Of a DNA stretch of 64,000 nt, positions 38,168 through 48,234 are shown in pieces. Positions within the stretch are counted from its first letter, which is position 1, and each line of letters begins with the position of its first letter. Position numbers and translations under genes: made by a program. Under the pieces are notes generated by a model. It saw nothing but the letters and a program-made list of their open reading frames with translations. It was not told the DNA's origin and made no database searches. Location: the sequence record MG752970.1; one strand, given 5' to 3'.

Positions 38168-39212
38168 TTAGTGTATAAGGAATAACGTTTCCGGCTTCGT
38201 CAAGAATAGCAGACATGCTTTTAGATTTTGAAGAAGATGGTGGCTGACTTGCGGTAACCGGTGTTCCAGTTGGATTATTCCAGCTAGCATTTTTGAAAGC
38301 TTCTGAAAATGCGTCAGGCTTATCGGTTGTTGAAAATGGATCTTCAACTGTTTCAACATTGGCGTCATCATCTTCGATCATGATCTCCCAAAGCTTAACG
38401 ATAGATTCCTGAATATCCGGATCATCGAATGTTGATACTGCATAATTTACTGCTTTAAATGCGGGCTCATCATTCAATTTCGTCGCACCAAAAATTTTCA
38501 TCATCTTGGCGGTGAGTATAATTTTGCGAACACTTAGGTACTGACTGATTCCTCCTCCTTCATATGAAGAATAGATGTCAGTAAACCATTTGGCAAGATG
38601 TTTGATTATTTTTGGTTGATCGAACTCAAATTGATCAGCGTGTGATTTTAGAATACTGATAATTTCTTCGGTGGTTGGAACATTGTATTCGATCCACGCC
38701 GCAAATCGATCTCTAAATGCCTTGTTAAGGACGTTGGTTCCAACGTATTCACCACCCGTTTGATCGCCAGTTCCCTTCGTATTTCCGGTGGCTATAATCA
38801 TGAACCCATCTTTAGGTTCAATCACTTCACCGGTTTTCTTGATGGTGTAAGATTTTCCTTCTAGAATCGGTTGAAGTTCCATCAACACAACAGAATCACC
38901 AGCATCAAGTTCATCAAGCACTATGATGTCACCATTCAACATTGCGTTGATTAGTGGACCATACTTAAATTCGGTGTTTCCATTTTCTAGTCGGATGCCA
39001 CCAACCATATCGTCAACTGTTGTTGAAACTGAAACGTTAAATTTGATGGCTTTTCGATTATGCTTCCGGGCGGCTTCTATGATCGCGGTTGTTTTTCCTA
39101 AACCAGTTGGACCATATACGAAAATCGGAATTGAGATAGGAGTGGAGATAAACTGTTCTACTTTAGAAAAGAATTCAGTTTCTATAAATCCACTTGATTT
39201 AGTTGTTGTCAT
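38157..39212 (-). CDS. MoxR/CobS-like AAA+ ATPase
   Basis: GPTGLGKTT, VLDELD, ATGNTKG, AFRDRF. Confidence 0.88.
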   Translation of the reverse strand: MTTTKSSGFIETEFFSKVEQFISTPISIPIFVYGPTGLGKTTAIIEAARKHNRKAIKFNVSVSTTVDDMVGGIRLENGNTEFKYGPLINAMLNGDIIVLDELDAGDSVVLMELQPILEGKSYTIKKTGEVIEPKDGFMIIATGNTKGTGDQTGGEYVGTNVLNKAFRDRFAAWIEYNVPTTEEIISILKSHADQFEFDQPKIIKHLAKWFTDIYSSYEGGGISQYLSVRKIILTAKMMKIFGATKLNDEPAFKAVNYAVSTFDDPDIQESIVKLWEIMIEDDDANVETVEDPFSTTDKPDAFSEAFKNASWNNPTGTPVTASQPPSSSKSKSMSAILDEAGNVIPYTLNDL

Positions 39213-39241
39213 TATTGGGATGTGAGTAGAGACTTCTCTTT

Positions 39242-39270
39242 ATTTTACATTCCATCCCTGCTAAAGTAAA
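39242..39270 (-). promoter_or_regulatory. early promoter TTTACT-N17-TAAAAT
   Basis: Same -35 as the 36217-36246 promoter; 17-bp spacer; directly downstream of a terminator. Confidence 0.65.
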
Positions 39271-39294
39271 AAGGGATACCGAAGTATCCCTTTT
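39269..39294 (-). terminator. rho-independent terminator with C(UUCG)G loop
   Basis: On the - strand: AAAAGGGATAC-TTCG-GTATCCCTTTTT. Confidence 0.85.
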
Positions 39295-39310
39295 AAAGAA
39301 TGACATTTGA

Positions 39311-39721
39311 TTAGAATGGAATTCCATTTGAACCATTACCAACACCAAATTGTTGTTGGTTGAATTGGTCCTGAGACATAACGCCGCGCTCGGTGTACTG
39401 AGCGTCCATTAGACCTCTGCGCTCAACTCTGCGGTCGATTGAACCTGGAGCACGCTTGATTTTGATAAGATGCTCATGGAAATAATCCAAAGCATTCATT
39501 CCGTTGCGTAGTGTTGTTTGGGACATTAGCTCAAACAGCTCATACTTGTCCGAATGTGGACCAGTGATGATTGACTTTAGACGACCCTTGTCGATGTAGT
39601 CGAGCCCTTGAACTTCGATATAAGCGATTGAACCGTCTTCCCAACGCTTAACGACAGCAATTTCTTCCTTAACGCCGTCGTCATTAACGTCGACGTAGTC
39701 AACGTGTTTGATTGATGTCAT
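39311..39721 (-). CDS. hypothetical protein (136 aa)
   Basis: GGAG RBS; late motif upstream at 39762-39769. Confidence 0.65.
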   Translation of the reverse strand: MTSIKHVDYVDVNDDGVKEEIAVVKRWEDGSIAYIEVQGLDYIDKGRLKSIITGPHSDKYELFELMSQTTLRNGMNALDYFHEHLIKIKRAPGSIDRRVERRGLMDAQYTERGVMSQDQFNQQQFGVGNGSNGIPF

Positions 39722-39796
39722 ATGAGTATCTCCTAAGATTCAATAAATAAGGATTTCGTTTTATTTATTAGTGCTCCCAACTCATGTTAGACGGAG

Positions 39797-40792
39797 TTAT
39801 ATTTCCAAAATAGAATTTGAGTCGTTACTCACATTTTTGCCCTTCGTCTGATTGACGCTCAGCATTGGAATGTATTGCTCAATTTTTTCGGCAATATTTT
39901 TGAGATCATGCTTTCCTAGGAACTTCAGAAAATGGAAGTTATTGTACTTTCCGGGATTTTGCAGCGTACGTTCAATGTCAGTGTACATAGCAATCTTAAC
40001 ATCTTCCGGTTGACACTCTAGATCCAACAGCATCTTATTTTCTTCGTACAGATCCTTTACCTTGTACGTAACCTCTTGAGCCTCACCATCAACGAGTCTA
40101 ACTTCAGACCATGTTTCTTCCATTAGTTGAATGCGATCGACGTCATTTTCAAATGCAGCTTTGATTTTAGTAGCTCTTACTCTTGGATATGCAGACATAA
40201 CATTGTCTTTCTTATCACCTCGAATGCATTTTTCAAACATGAAGTATAGAGGATCAATTTGTTCGCCAGTCTTCTTGTCGATTCCTCGTGGCTTTCCATC
40301 ATCCGGATTAATGAGAACAACGTCAGGATGTTTTAGGAGCTGAATAAAATCCTTGTCACCAGAAAGAATGATGATGGTGTCACCCATTCCAGTGAACATT
40401 TGCACGTATCCGGCGATGGTGTCATCTGATTCCATTCCAGGTGTTGCTATACATGGAATCGATGTGTGTTCATGCATCACATCTTTGAATGACTGCATAA
40501 GAGCAAAAATGTAATCCATGGACGAATCGCGAACTCTATTACCCTTGTATGCTACCTTTCGTACGCATTCTGGGGATGAGGTGTACGTTTTTCTCCAATT
40601 GCCACCACCTTCAAATGCAAATACTAATTGGTCCGGGCGATGCGCCTTATAGTATTTGTTGATGGTCTGAAATGCGGAATGCAGAAGAAGACCTGAACGA
40701 TCTTCTTGCGATCCAAATTTGTTGTCTCCTGCTGTTGCTACACGAAATAGCAAGTTAGGGCAGTCAACAATCATTCTAATCATTCCGGCCAT
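39797..40792 (-). CDS. rnh: RNase H / 5'-3' flap exonuclease (T4 rnh-like)
   Basis: IVDCPN, FAFEG, YKGNR, ESDD, SGDKDFIQL, GDKKDNV. Confidence 0.9.
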   Translation of the reverse strand: MAGMIRMIVDCPNLLFRVATAGDNKFGSQEDRSGLLLHSAFQTINKYYKAHRPDQLVFAFEGGGNWRKTYTSSPECVRKVAYKGNRVRDSSMDYIFALMQSFKDVMHEHTSIPCIATPGMESDDTIAGYVQMFTGMGDTIIILSGDKDFIQLLKHPDVVLINPDDGKPRGIDKKTGEQIDPLYFMFEKCIRGDKKDNVMSAYPRVRATKIKAAFENDVDRIQLMEETWSEVRLVDGEAQEVTYKVKDLYEENKMLLDLECQPEDVKIAMYTDIERTLQNPGKYNNFHFLKFLGKHDLKNIAEKIEQYIPMLSVNQTKGKNVSNDSNSILEI

Positions 40793-40794
40793 TA

Positions 40795-41103
40795 TTATCC
40801 TTTGTTGATTCTGTTGCCGTTTGCGAGAACTGAAATTTCGGGTTGGAACATTTCTACTGGATTGTCGTCAATAGACGGCGTTCTCCCCCGAAAGGTCGAT
40901 CGCAAATAGATTTCAACCATTTCCTCTTCAGTCGGGGCGAAAATTCCCATCTGACGTATGGACACAATAAAGGCATCGTTCCAATCCATGCTGATTTTCA
41001 CGTATCCCTGTTCATCTGGTTTTTCATCAACAATGAATTCAAACCATGGAGTTTTTGAGAATTTCTTCTTCCAGAATTTTTCGAGTTTTTTAAACATGAT
41101 CAA
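40795..41103 (-). CDS. hypothetical protein of the replication cluster
   Basis: ORF tightly packed between clamp and RNase H. Confidence 0.6.
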   Translation of the reverse strand: MIMFKKLEKFWKKKFSKTPWFEFIVDEKPDEQGYVKISMDWNDAFIVSIRQMGIFAPTEEEMVEIYLRSTFRGRTPSIDDNPVEMFQPEISVLANGNRINKG

Positions 41104-41828
41104 GCCTTTGGCATTAGAATGAATGGATATCCATTCAGCGTCAATTCCAGAGTTCCTTTCTTTCCGAAAACCAGAACTACAGATTCTTGTCCACTTCCAG
41201 CTGCTTTCAGAATAGGAATAATGGATTTGATGTTGTATTTGAAGCTATAAAATGAAGGACGTCCGTCGATCTCGGTGACTTCATCACTAATTTTGCTGGT
41301 AAATGTATCCAGATTTTGATCTACAAGTTCTATCGACATACCATCATTCTTCAACGTGAATAGTATATCAGTGGCGCCACTCATAGATGAAATAGCATTA
41401 GTGATAAGTGGCAGCTTTGATACTGGCAGAGTTACCGCAAAGCTATGTTCATCACGCACTGCTTTTGGAATTTTCTTGTCGAAAATTTCAATCGATCCAG
41501 CTCTATACTGAACTTTTACGGAATCTGTCTCAATGTTCAGCGTTGAAATTGCTTCCTTGTTCCGATTGTCTTCTTTCATGTCAATCTTGAAGTCGTCATC
41601 TTTAACTAGATTGATACGACTTAGCAGCGTGTTCAGCCGATTGAGACAGATGCTGTGATCTTGGAAATCTGGAACTTCAACATTCGTGGTAATGACAACC
41701 GTTCTATTCTCATCGATGCCTCTAATTGTATCCTTAGAAATAATGAGAGTTTCAATTGCAGCCGTTTTGCATGCGTTAAGCAGATTGATCAGCTTTTGTG
41801 AAGCTTCTTTGGTTAAATTCATGTTCAA
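41100..41828 (-). CDS. 45: DNA polymerase sliding clamp (T4 gp45-like)
   Basis: About 240 aa beta-rich protein adjacent to the B-family polymerase; length and pattern fit a clamp. Confidence 0.6.
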   Translation of the reverse strand: MNMNLTKEASQKLINLLNACKTAAIETLIISKDTIRGIDENRTVVITTNVEVPDFQDHSICLNRLNTLLSRINLVKDDDFKIDMKEDNRNKEAISTLNIETDSVKVQYRAGSIEIFDKKIPKAVRDEHSFAVTLPVSKLPLITNAISSMSGATDILFTLKNDGMSIELVDQNLDTFTSKISDEVTEIDGRPSFYSFKYNIKSIIPILKAAGSGQESVVLVFGKKGTLELTLNGYPFILMPKA

Positions 41829-44515
41829 AATTCTAATAAAGAGTTAAGGATGTCTTGCTGAGGAGATGGAACTGGTTGACCAAGAACATCAAATGTTGGC
41901 TTGATTTTTAGATCCATTAACTTTTCTTCCATCAATTCCAAATCTATACGGAAATTTTCTGTAAACCATTCTGGGACTTTGTTTGAATCCGCATTGAAGG
42001 CCATTGACTTAAAACCGAACTGATTTGGTTTTAGATATAGAAGACGAACCTTATCTCCTGAGGAAATTTTTAGTGACACTAGATCGCCGAAAAATTCCAA
42101 CATCTCGTTATAGTTTATAGCTGCACGAATATGACCTGGAAGATTTACTTTGGAGATGCCCTTTTTCTCGTATGTCTTCCATTCCATGTAATAACTGTCC
42201 AATTTGTTTGCTGATTTTGGGACAGCAATTGCCAAAGGATCATCACTACTAATTAGTACCTTTCGATTGTCATTCACATACTTTGATACTGTTTCGTAAG
42301 ACTCAGATGCAAGTACCTTCGTCGTCAATTCTTTCAGGAATTTCTGAACTGGAACTGGGGTGTCGGATTTTTTCAAATCTAATCCCATGGTCTTGAGTTT
42401 GTTGCTCAAGTGACCATCTTTGTCGCGAATATCTTTTCCATCCAGATTTACTACACGAAGAGCGTATTTCTTCTTCTTGTAGAAAATTCCAGTGTCAGCA
42501 ATAACTTCTCTACCGGCCTTGATTAGTTGATCAAATCCTTCGGTGCAATAGAATGCCTCACGCATAAATTCTGGGAATGAGCTATTGACTGCCTCACCAA
42601 TGGCATCACCCATTGCCACAGCTTCTTCATGCGTGTTAGCTGGAACCAAGAAATAAGTTGAGTCTGTGTCGCCAGCAATAACGTTTGGATTGTCGATAGT
42701 ATATTCAATGGAAATTTCTTCAACACCATTTTTCACTTCAACTATTTCACGTCTGTTTAGCGGCTTACGCTCTCCAAGAGTCAATTCACCAATGGTTTCC
42801 ATCATGTGACGAGTGATTTGACGACCAGTACCTGTTGTACTTGCACCAAATCTTTCGTCATAGAACCGGCAAAATCTATTAATGGTGGCGCCATATAGAG
42901 AATTCAAAAGAATTTTCTTGGTGAGTTGTAAAAGATCTGCTAATTCTTCCTGTGCCTTTGCTTCCTTATATTCCTTGGAATCTGGCCCAAATTTTTCAAG
43001 CTTATCTTGGGCAATGTCAACCCATTTCTTTTTCTCGGCTTGCATCTTCTTGCGCTCTGAATACCATTGTGCAAGAAGACCGGGAATTACACCGATGCCA
43101 GTTGATTGATCAAAAACTGTACCAAAACCGGATAGAGCCCATTTACGTTCACGGAATATGTTCTTCCATTCTGCGCCAGTGGCTTCCATTTCAGTGCCAT
43201 CTTCAAATTTGCAGATATGTAGAAGATCATCACCTTCTCGAATTCCCTTCCAATCGGCTTCTTTGTTTAAGAATTGACCAACAATCTTTTCTGGAGAAAT
43301 GTTGATTGATCTCATTGTCGACGGATATAGAGAGTTAATGTCTACAGATCCGATCCATTTATAGAATCCGGTTTTTGTAGACAGAACCATCGCACCTTCA
43401 ATTGGATCACCCACCTTATCACTTCGATCTGGAACAATAAGGTTTAGAACATAATGCGCGTAGTTGATGATACCAGTATCAATAAGACGCACTGAACCAA
43501 AAATGGCATCAAAGGTCACGGTGTTTTCGTGAACCATTTGATTTGCTAAATCAATGAATTTGTACTTGATGTCCAAGAACTTCAAGATTTCAGTATCTCG
43601 AACGTTGTATCGTAGAAACAGATTGAAATCATTGTTGTAAAGTTCTTCAAGAGTTCCCGGATAATCCAACTTCTCAATATCTAGCTCTTCAAAGGCAATG
43701 TTTGCCAGAGAATACGAAGCTCTGCCTTCGAAGGTAAACTTTTTGAACAGTTGCATGTAGTCAAGGTGAACACGGCCATACAATCTTGCGACAGTGTTTT
43801 TTCGACCAAACTTCTCAACTTCTTCAAGAGTTGGTGGGCGGCATCCTTCAAAGCACCAACGAATGGTGTGTTCTTTCCCAAGCGTCAATTCTGTGCGACG
43901 AACGAGATATGGAATATCAAAGAAATCCGAGTTCCATCCCGATAGAATGTCCATATCTTGAACATAATCAAGAGTTGCTAAAAGAAGCTCACGCTCAGTT
44001 TCAAATAGAACCAGATTCGTTGGTAAAGTCTTGTCTATTTCCGCATCCCAATCTTTGTCTTTCCACGATTTTGGTGGAACGGCAAATGTGACAAAAGTAT
44101 CAGTATGTGGAGTAAAAATTGTGATGGCGTTGACTGGAGCGTATGGGTTTTCCACGCTAGAAAATCCAAGTTCTTTCTTGTAGTCAACTTCAATATCTAT
44201 GAACGCTGTGTGTAGATTTGGTTTTGGAATACCATAATAATTATCCATCAGCGCTCTCTCGGTAAGTTTGAAATCCGATTCAAACTTATGAGGAAAACGT
44301 GTTTTTGCCCGTTCGAAACTGTCCTTGTTATCAAACTCGTGCTTAATTAGCTTATGTCCATAGATTGATGTGAAGGTTCCATTTTCGTCTGGAGTGTAGA
44401 AATAGTATGGAACTTTTAGCTCTTTGCGGAGGCGACCCCGTTCAGGGCATCGCTCCCACACATAGACAATTCCATTTTTGCCCTGTTGAGCATCAATGTA
44501 ATTTAATTTTGACAA
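41825..44515 (-). CDS. 43: family B DNA polymerase (T4 gp43-like)
   Basis: Exo DIE, GWNSDFFD, YNVRD; pol DINSLYPS, KILLNSLYG, GDTDS, KKKY. Confidence 0.95.
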   Translation of the reverse strand: MSKLNYIDAQQGKNGIVYVWERCPERGRLRKELKVPYYFYTPDENGTFTSIYGHKLIKHEFDNKDSFERAKTRFPHKFESDFKLTERALMDNYYGIPKPNLHTAFIDIEVDYKKELGFSSVENPYAPVNAITIFTPHTDTFVTFAVPPKSWKDKDWDAEIDKTLPTNLVLFETERELLLATLDYVQDMDILSGWNSDFFDIPYLVRRTELTLGKEHTIRWCFEGCRPPTLEEVEKFGRKNTVARLYGRVHLDYMQLFKKFTFEGRASYSLANIAFEELDIEKLDYPGTLEELYNNDFNLFLRYNVRDTEILKFLDIKYKFIDLANQMVHENTVTFDAIFGSVRLIDTGIINYAHYVLNLIVPDRSDKVGDPIEGAMVLSTKTGFYKWIGSVDINSLYPSTMRSINISPEKIVGQFLNKEADWKGIREGDDLLHICKFEDGTEMEATGAEWKNIFRERKWALSGFGTVFDQSTGIGVIPGLLAQWYSERKKMQAEKKKWVDIAQDKLEKFGPDSKEYKEAKAQEELADLLQLTKKILLNSLYGATINRFCRFYDERFGASTTGTGRQITRHMMETIGELTLGERKPLNRREIVEVKNGVEEISIEYTIDNPNVIAGDTDSTYFLVPANTHEEAVAMGDAIGEAVNSSFPEFMREAFYCTEGFDQLIKAGREVIADTGIFYKKKKYALRVVNLDGKDIRDKDGHLSNKLKTMGLDLKKSDTPVPVQKFLKELTTKVLASESYETVSKYVNDNRKVLISSDDPLAIAVPKSANKLDSYYMEWKTYEKKGISKVNLPGHIRAAINYNEMLEFFGDLVSLKISSGDKVRLLYLKPNQFGFKSMAFNADSNKVPEWFTENFRIDLELMEEKLMDLKIKPTFDVLGQPVPSPQQDILNSLLEF

Positions 44516-44524
44516 TGCACTTCC

Positions 44525-44797
44525 TTAAGCTTGTGGGTGAATTACTTCGTATAGGCCTTCCACTTCATCGAATTCGCGCTTCTCGTGTTCAATGTCACCA
44601 ACAATTTCGGCCTTAACCAGCTTGCTGAAAATCTTTGGCTTGATGCCCAGCTTATCCTTGGCTTCCTTTGCGATGTCACGATATGATTCATTGCGGGTTT
44701 TAATTTCACGCTTGATCATAACTGCTTCTTCGATGAAACCCTTTAGAATCTTACGGCCTTGTTCGTTTAGTAGTGGGTTAACTTGATTGTCTTCCAT
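44525..44797 (-). CDS. dsbA: double-stranded DNA-binding protein (T4 DsbA-like)
   Basis: About 90 aa; IKRE...YRDIAKEAKDKLGIKPKIFSKLVK...FDEVEGLYE. Confidence 0.65.
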   Translation of the reverse strand: MEDNQVNPLLNEQGRKILKGFIEEAVMIKREIKTRNESYRDIAKEAKDKLGIKPKIFSKLVKAEIVGDIEHEKREFDEVEGLYEVIHPQA

Positions 44798-44807
44798 GAC
44801 TAATCCT

Positions 44808-45206
44808 TTAATGTAGTGTGTTTAGAACTGATTGAGATTTAATTTCTAGATCATCATCTAGGAGCTTGTATTTAACAACCCAGTCGTCGATGTCATCTGA
44901 CGTGCTGTAGATAGTTCGACTTATTTCCTTAATACCCCAATTCATGGTATCTTCTGCAACTCTTTCTAAAAATTCGGTTGCAGTTTCATCGGGATGATCA
45001 TCTATTAGATATGGGTTGCGTAGCTCATGCATCGTTACTTCTTCATTTATTCTGGCTAGAAATTCATGTGCCAGAAATTTAGCCGATCGCTCGCATTCTT
45101 CCCAACTTTTATACTTTAATGAAATTATTTTGGGGCGCAACAATCCCGGGACGTCTTTAGACCAGAATTCCCTAATATAAGGATTGAGGTATAGTATGAA
45201 ATGCAT
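44808..45206 (-). CDS. hypothetical protein
   Basis: ORF track; collinear. Confidence 0.55.
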   Translation of the reverse strand: MHFILYLNPYIREFWSKDVPGLLRPKIISLKYKSWEECERSAKFLAHEFLARINEEVTMHELRNPYLIDDHPDETATEFLERVAEDTMNWGIKEISRTIYSTSDDIDDWVVKYKLLDDDLEIKSQSVLNTLH

Positions 45207-45212
45207 TGTTGA

Positions 45213-45617
45213 TTAATGAATGACTTTTAGTTTTATATTTTCGTCGTGCTCGGTCACAAGTACCCGGGAATTTATTACGGTGTTCCCACTGCTGTCACAT
45301 ATTTCTATTTCAACAGCATGATCGTTTGGGAGATCAACATATTCCCCAGTGTCGTCATTTCCGCCACCCATGATGGATTTATTGTACTTCTTGGTGACGT
45401 TCATGAAGTCAAATTGACAGAAAAATATCTGAAGATCGTTGAGTAGATTTCTGAATTCCATGAAGCATTCTTGCATTGTGTCATAATGCTTGGATTCAAA
45501 TGCTACGATGTCAATATCTGTTAAACCTTTGCATAGGTCAAGCTCTGTACAAATTGGATTTTCCAAATTTAACTGGACCTGAAACATTGATTTGAAATTT
45601 TTCTGAATTTCTGCCAT
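45213..45617 (-). CDS. hypothetical protein
   Basis: TAATG-coupled to the upstream gene. Confidence 0.55.
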   Translation of the reverse strand: MAEIQKNFKSMFQVQLNLENPICTELDLCKGLTDIDIVAFESKHYDTMQECFMEFRNLLNDLQIFFCQFDFMNVTKKYNKSIMGGGNDDTGEYVDLPNDHAVEIEICDSSGNTVINSRVLVTEHDENIKLKVIH

Positions 45618-46654
45618 TACAAAATTACTGGATTGTCGATAATATTCGTCGTATCGGATTGCGACGATGCTGCAACAGGATCATCACTCAATCTACCGGT
45701 AATTTGAATTGGTGGGAAGATATTTGTTTTGATGTGCGACATGTTGATGACGATGTCGGCCTGCTTTCTTGTATTTACTGCGTACAAGAACACGACATGA
45801 TCAGCAATTAGTTCATTGATGTCTACTAGCGCATCCTTCACTCTATCAAATGCCGTGTGTGGGGAATATGATAGTGCGAAATATGAAGGTGTCTGAAGTG
45901 ACCCAGAGGTGACGGAGCTGATCGTAAATGACTCATTAACGACTAGCGTTGAGAGGTCACTGCAGGTGTATCTGGTGAACGCAGAGTTCATTGCTTTAAC
46001 GCTTGATACGTTACCCCATGCGCAGTTTGCCGCTGCATCTTTGGTAAATGTTAGAGTCTTAGTTGTTCCCTCTGTTTCTTGATATACCAAAACCTTAACC
46101 GAAATTACATCATCAGTTCTTGGTGTCCCTAACGTGATGGTGTTAGCAACATTGGTGCTGTATTGGCTTGGGTCTAAGAGAACTCCATTGATGTAGAGCT
46201 TTATCTTGTCCGAAGAAGAAAATCTAAGAGCTCTTGGTGTAGGAGAATTATCTACTCCAGCAATTTTTGACAACACGGTCGCGGAATACAGATAGTTGTA
46301 TTCCTGACTTCTTGTCAAACGTGTTTCTTTTATGAGAAGAGAAATAGAAACAGATGATGGAGCTATTGATGGATCCGATTGCAGAAATATTGATAGAGTT
46401 TCTGTTCCATCCAATAGGCTCAAAATTGGATCGACTGCTTGCACGCTTGTAGTAGAAATAGGATCAAATCGTGATCTCCAAGGTGCTAAAGATTTAGGAT
46501 TGCTGGAAGCATCTGCTGACGCTTCTAAAAGTTGGCCTGTGCATTGATACGTTATTGTGCACTTGTTGATGAATGGACGAAATTCATCTACCTGCTTTAT
46601 AGTTGTTTTCTGGCAGGTATCGCACTTGTAAGTTTTGGTTGTAATCATACCCAT
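45617..46654 (-). CDS. putative late/structural protein with N-terminal Cys cluster
   Basis: CATAAATA late motif at 46675-46682; CDTC...CTITYQC; beta-rich body. Confidence 0.55.
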   Translation of the reverse strand: MGMITTKTYKCDTCQKTTIKQVDEFRPFINKCTITYQCTGQLLEASADASSNPKSLAPWRSRFDPISTTSVQAVDPILSLLDGTETLSIFLQSDPSIAPSSVSISLLIKETRLTRSQEYNYLYSATVLSKIAGVDNSPTPRALRFSSSDKIKLYINGVLLDPSQYSTNVANTITLGTPRTDDVISVKVLVYQETEGTTKTLTFTKDAAANCAWGNVSSVKAMNSAFTRYTCSDLSTLVVNESFTISSVTSGSLQTPSYFALSYSPHTAFDRVKDALVDINELIADHVVFLYAVNTRKQADIVINMSHIKTNIFPPIQITGRLSDDPVAASSQSDTTNIIDNPVIL

Positions 46655-46674
46655 AATGTTCTCATTCTATGAAA

Positions 46675-46682
46675 TATTTATG
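46675..46682 (-). promoter_or_regulatory. T4-like late promoter (CATAAATA)
   Basis: Intergenic. Confidence 0.65.
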
Positions 46683-46692
46683 GGTACTGCTA

Positions 46693-47100
46693 TCACTTAG
46701 ATTTTAGCTTTTCGGCTTGTGCGACCATTGCCTCAAATGCATCAAGTGTGGTTTTTTCATGAGGATTAGTAGTCTCACCTCTTAGCGTATCAGTTGTCGA
46801 AATCCCATCAAATCCTGATTTATATTTTGACAGACGATCATGCGCTATCTTTACCAGAAAATCATTAATTTTCGGATCTAGTATTATCGTTTGTAAAACC
46901 TTGAGAAGATCGGCTGGTAAATCACCATGCTTTTTATGACTAAGATACAGGTGGTAAATAGACACAAATCGTTCATGCGAAGTCATACCGTCATCATCAA
47001 CAAGGAACCTCAGTGCTTCGAGGTTCCATGCTTTTGACGTTTTTAGCAATGAGCGTATCTGTTCTTTTGTTAGATACTTAGGTGTTACCGTTGAGCCCAT
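46693..47100 (-). CDS. hypothetical protein
   Basis: ORF track. Confidence 0.5.
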   Translation of the reverse strand: MGSTVTPKYLTKEQIRSLLKTSKAWNLEALRFLVDDDGMTSHERFVSIYHLYLSHKKHGDLPADLLKVLQTIILDPKINDFLVKIAHDRLSKYKSGFDGISTTDTLRGETTNPHEKTTLDAFEAMVAQAEKLKSK

Positions 47101-47662
47101 TGGTAAATATTTCCTTGATGATTCGCAGTGATTCGACTGTGTAGATACAATCTTCCATCGCGTTATGACCTGTTCGTTCTGGGAATCCCATCAATGCAAA
47201 CAAATCGTCCGACTTGTTGATTCCCAGTAAGGCATGCGCAAATGATCTAGTGTCGAATCTTATTGGATGAACCCTGATGTGGATATCGTGGTCTGACAAG
47301 ATTTGCTGGGTGAATGCAATATCAAAATCCACAGAATGTCCAATGAAAATCATTCTCTTATCGGGATTGAAGTATTTCAAAATAAGCTCAGCTAGAGAAA
47401 CTGCGGCAGTTTCGCGATCAACGCCATTTTCCTCAAGATATTCACGGGTCAAACCATGAATAGCTTCAGCTTCTTTTGACCACTTATATTTTGATTCATC
47501 AAATTTGATTTCTAGGTAGAGTGAATCTACAATTTCAAAAGTAGAAATTCTTACAACGGCTGCACCAAATGAAAGACCCTGATATGAGACATGACTGTCT
47601 CCATTAAAATCTGAACCAGATGTTTCCCAATCGATTGCCAATGCAAATTCTGGAGATGTCAT
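47078..47662 (-). CDS. DEDDh 3'-5' exonuclease (DnaQ-like)
   Basis: IDWETSG, GHSVDFD, HNAMED. Confidence 0.85.
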   Translation of the reverse strand: MTSPEFALAIDWETSGSDFNGDSHVSYQGLSFGAAVVRISTFEIVDSLYLEIKFDESKYKWSKEAEAIHGLTREYLEENGVDRETAAVSLAELILKYFNPDKRMIFIGHSVDFDIAFTQQILSDHDIHIRVHPIRFDTRSFAHALLGINKSDDLFALMGFPERTGHNAMEDCIYTVESLRIIKEIFTNGLNGNT

Positions 47663-48234
47663 AGATATCCCTTTGATATTTCAATTATTTCGTCAGCTCT
47701 ATCTTCAGGAGTAATAGACTGTACGATGTGATAGCTAATATTGTGCTTTGTATAAAATTTAACTATGGCGTCATGAACAGGTTGCTGACTTGCTGCATCA
47801 GCCCGAACTCCATCATCTACATGGTCAAATTTTCCTGGAGGCAAAATAAAAGCACAACGTATTAGAAGAGCGTGACCCACTAAATCAAGTTCATAGTTAG
47901 CAAGCCACCTATGATCAGTGGTATATGTATTGGTGGTTTCCCAATGTGCCGCGTATCCATATAAATCGGCGTGGGATCTGTCTATGTAGACCGGCCCTAG
48001 ATTCCAGTTTTGTAGAGTTTGAAGTCTATCACTCATGTCTTTCTTTACGTTCTCTTGAAAGACGTGCATCAACTCACTATTCTTGGACACTTGATCCAAA
48101 GATAGCTGCATTTTTTCTAGAACTTTGCGAGTAACAGAAACGCTATTAGTCCAATGATCTTTTTGGCGTAAAGCTTCCAATGTCACGGTCTTGCCGGTGC
48201 CAGAGGCACCGGACAATGCAAAAATTGTGCTCAT
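47659..48234 (-). CDS. P-loop nucleotide kinase-like protein (AAA_28/dNMP kinase)
   Basis: GASGTGKT and IDRS motifs. Confidence 0.65.
   Translation of the reverse strand: MSTIFALSGASGTGKTVTLEALRQKDHWTNSVSVTRKVLEKMQLSLDQVSKNSELMHVFQENVKKDMSDRLQTLQNWNLGPVYIDRSHADLYGYAAHWETTNTYTTDHRWLANYELDLVGHALLIRCAFILPPGKFDHVDDGVRADAASQQPVHDAIVKFYTKHNISYHIVQSITPEDRADEIIEISKGYL

Noticed and set aside
39742-39749. AATAAATA on the + strand pointing antisense into rnh
   Set aside because: A single occurrence in an AT-rich gap with no downstream sense ORF; probably chance, though antisense late transcription cannot be excluded.
41825-44515. Intein or intron in polymerase, helicase, topoisomerase or thyA
   Set aside because: Lengths are normal, catalytic motifs are contiguous, and no C/S...HN splice junction or LAGLIDADG block was seen.
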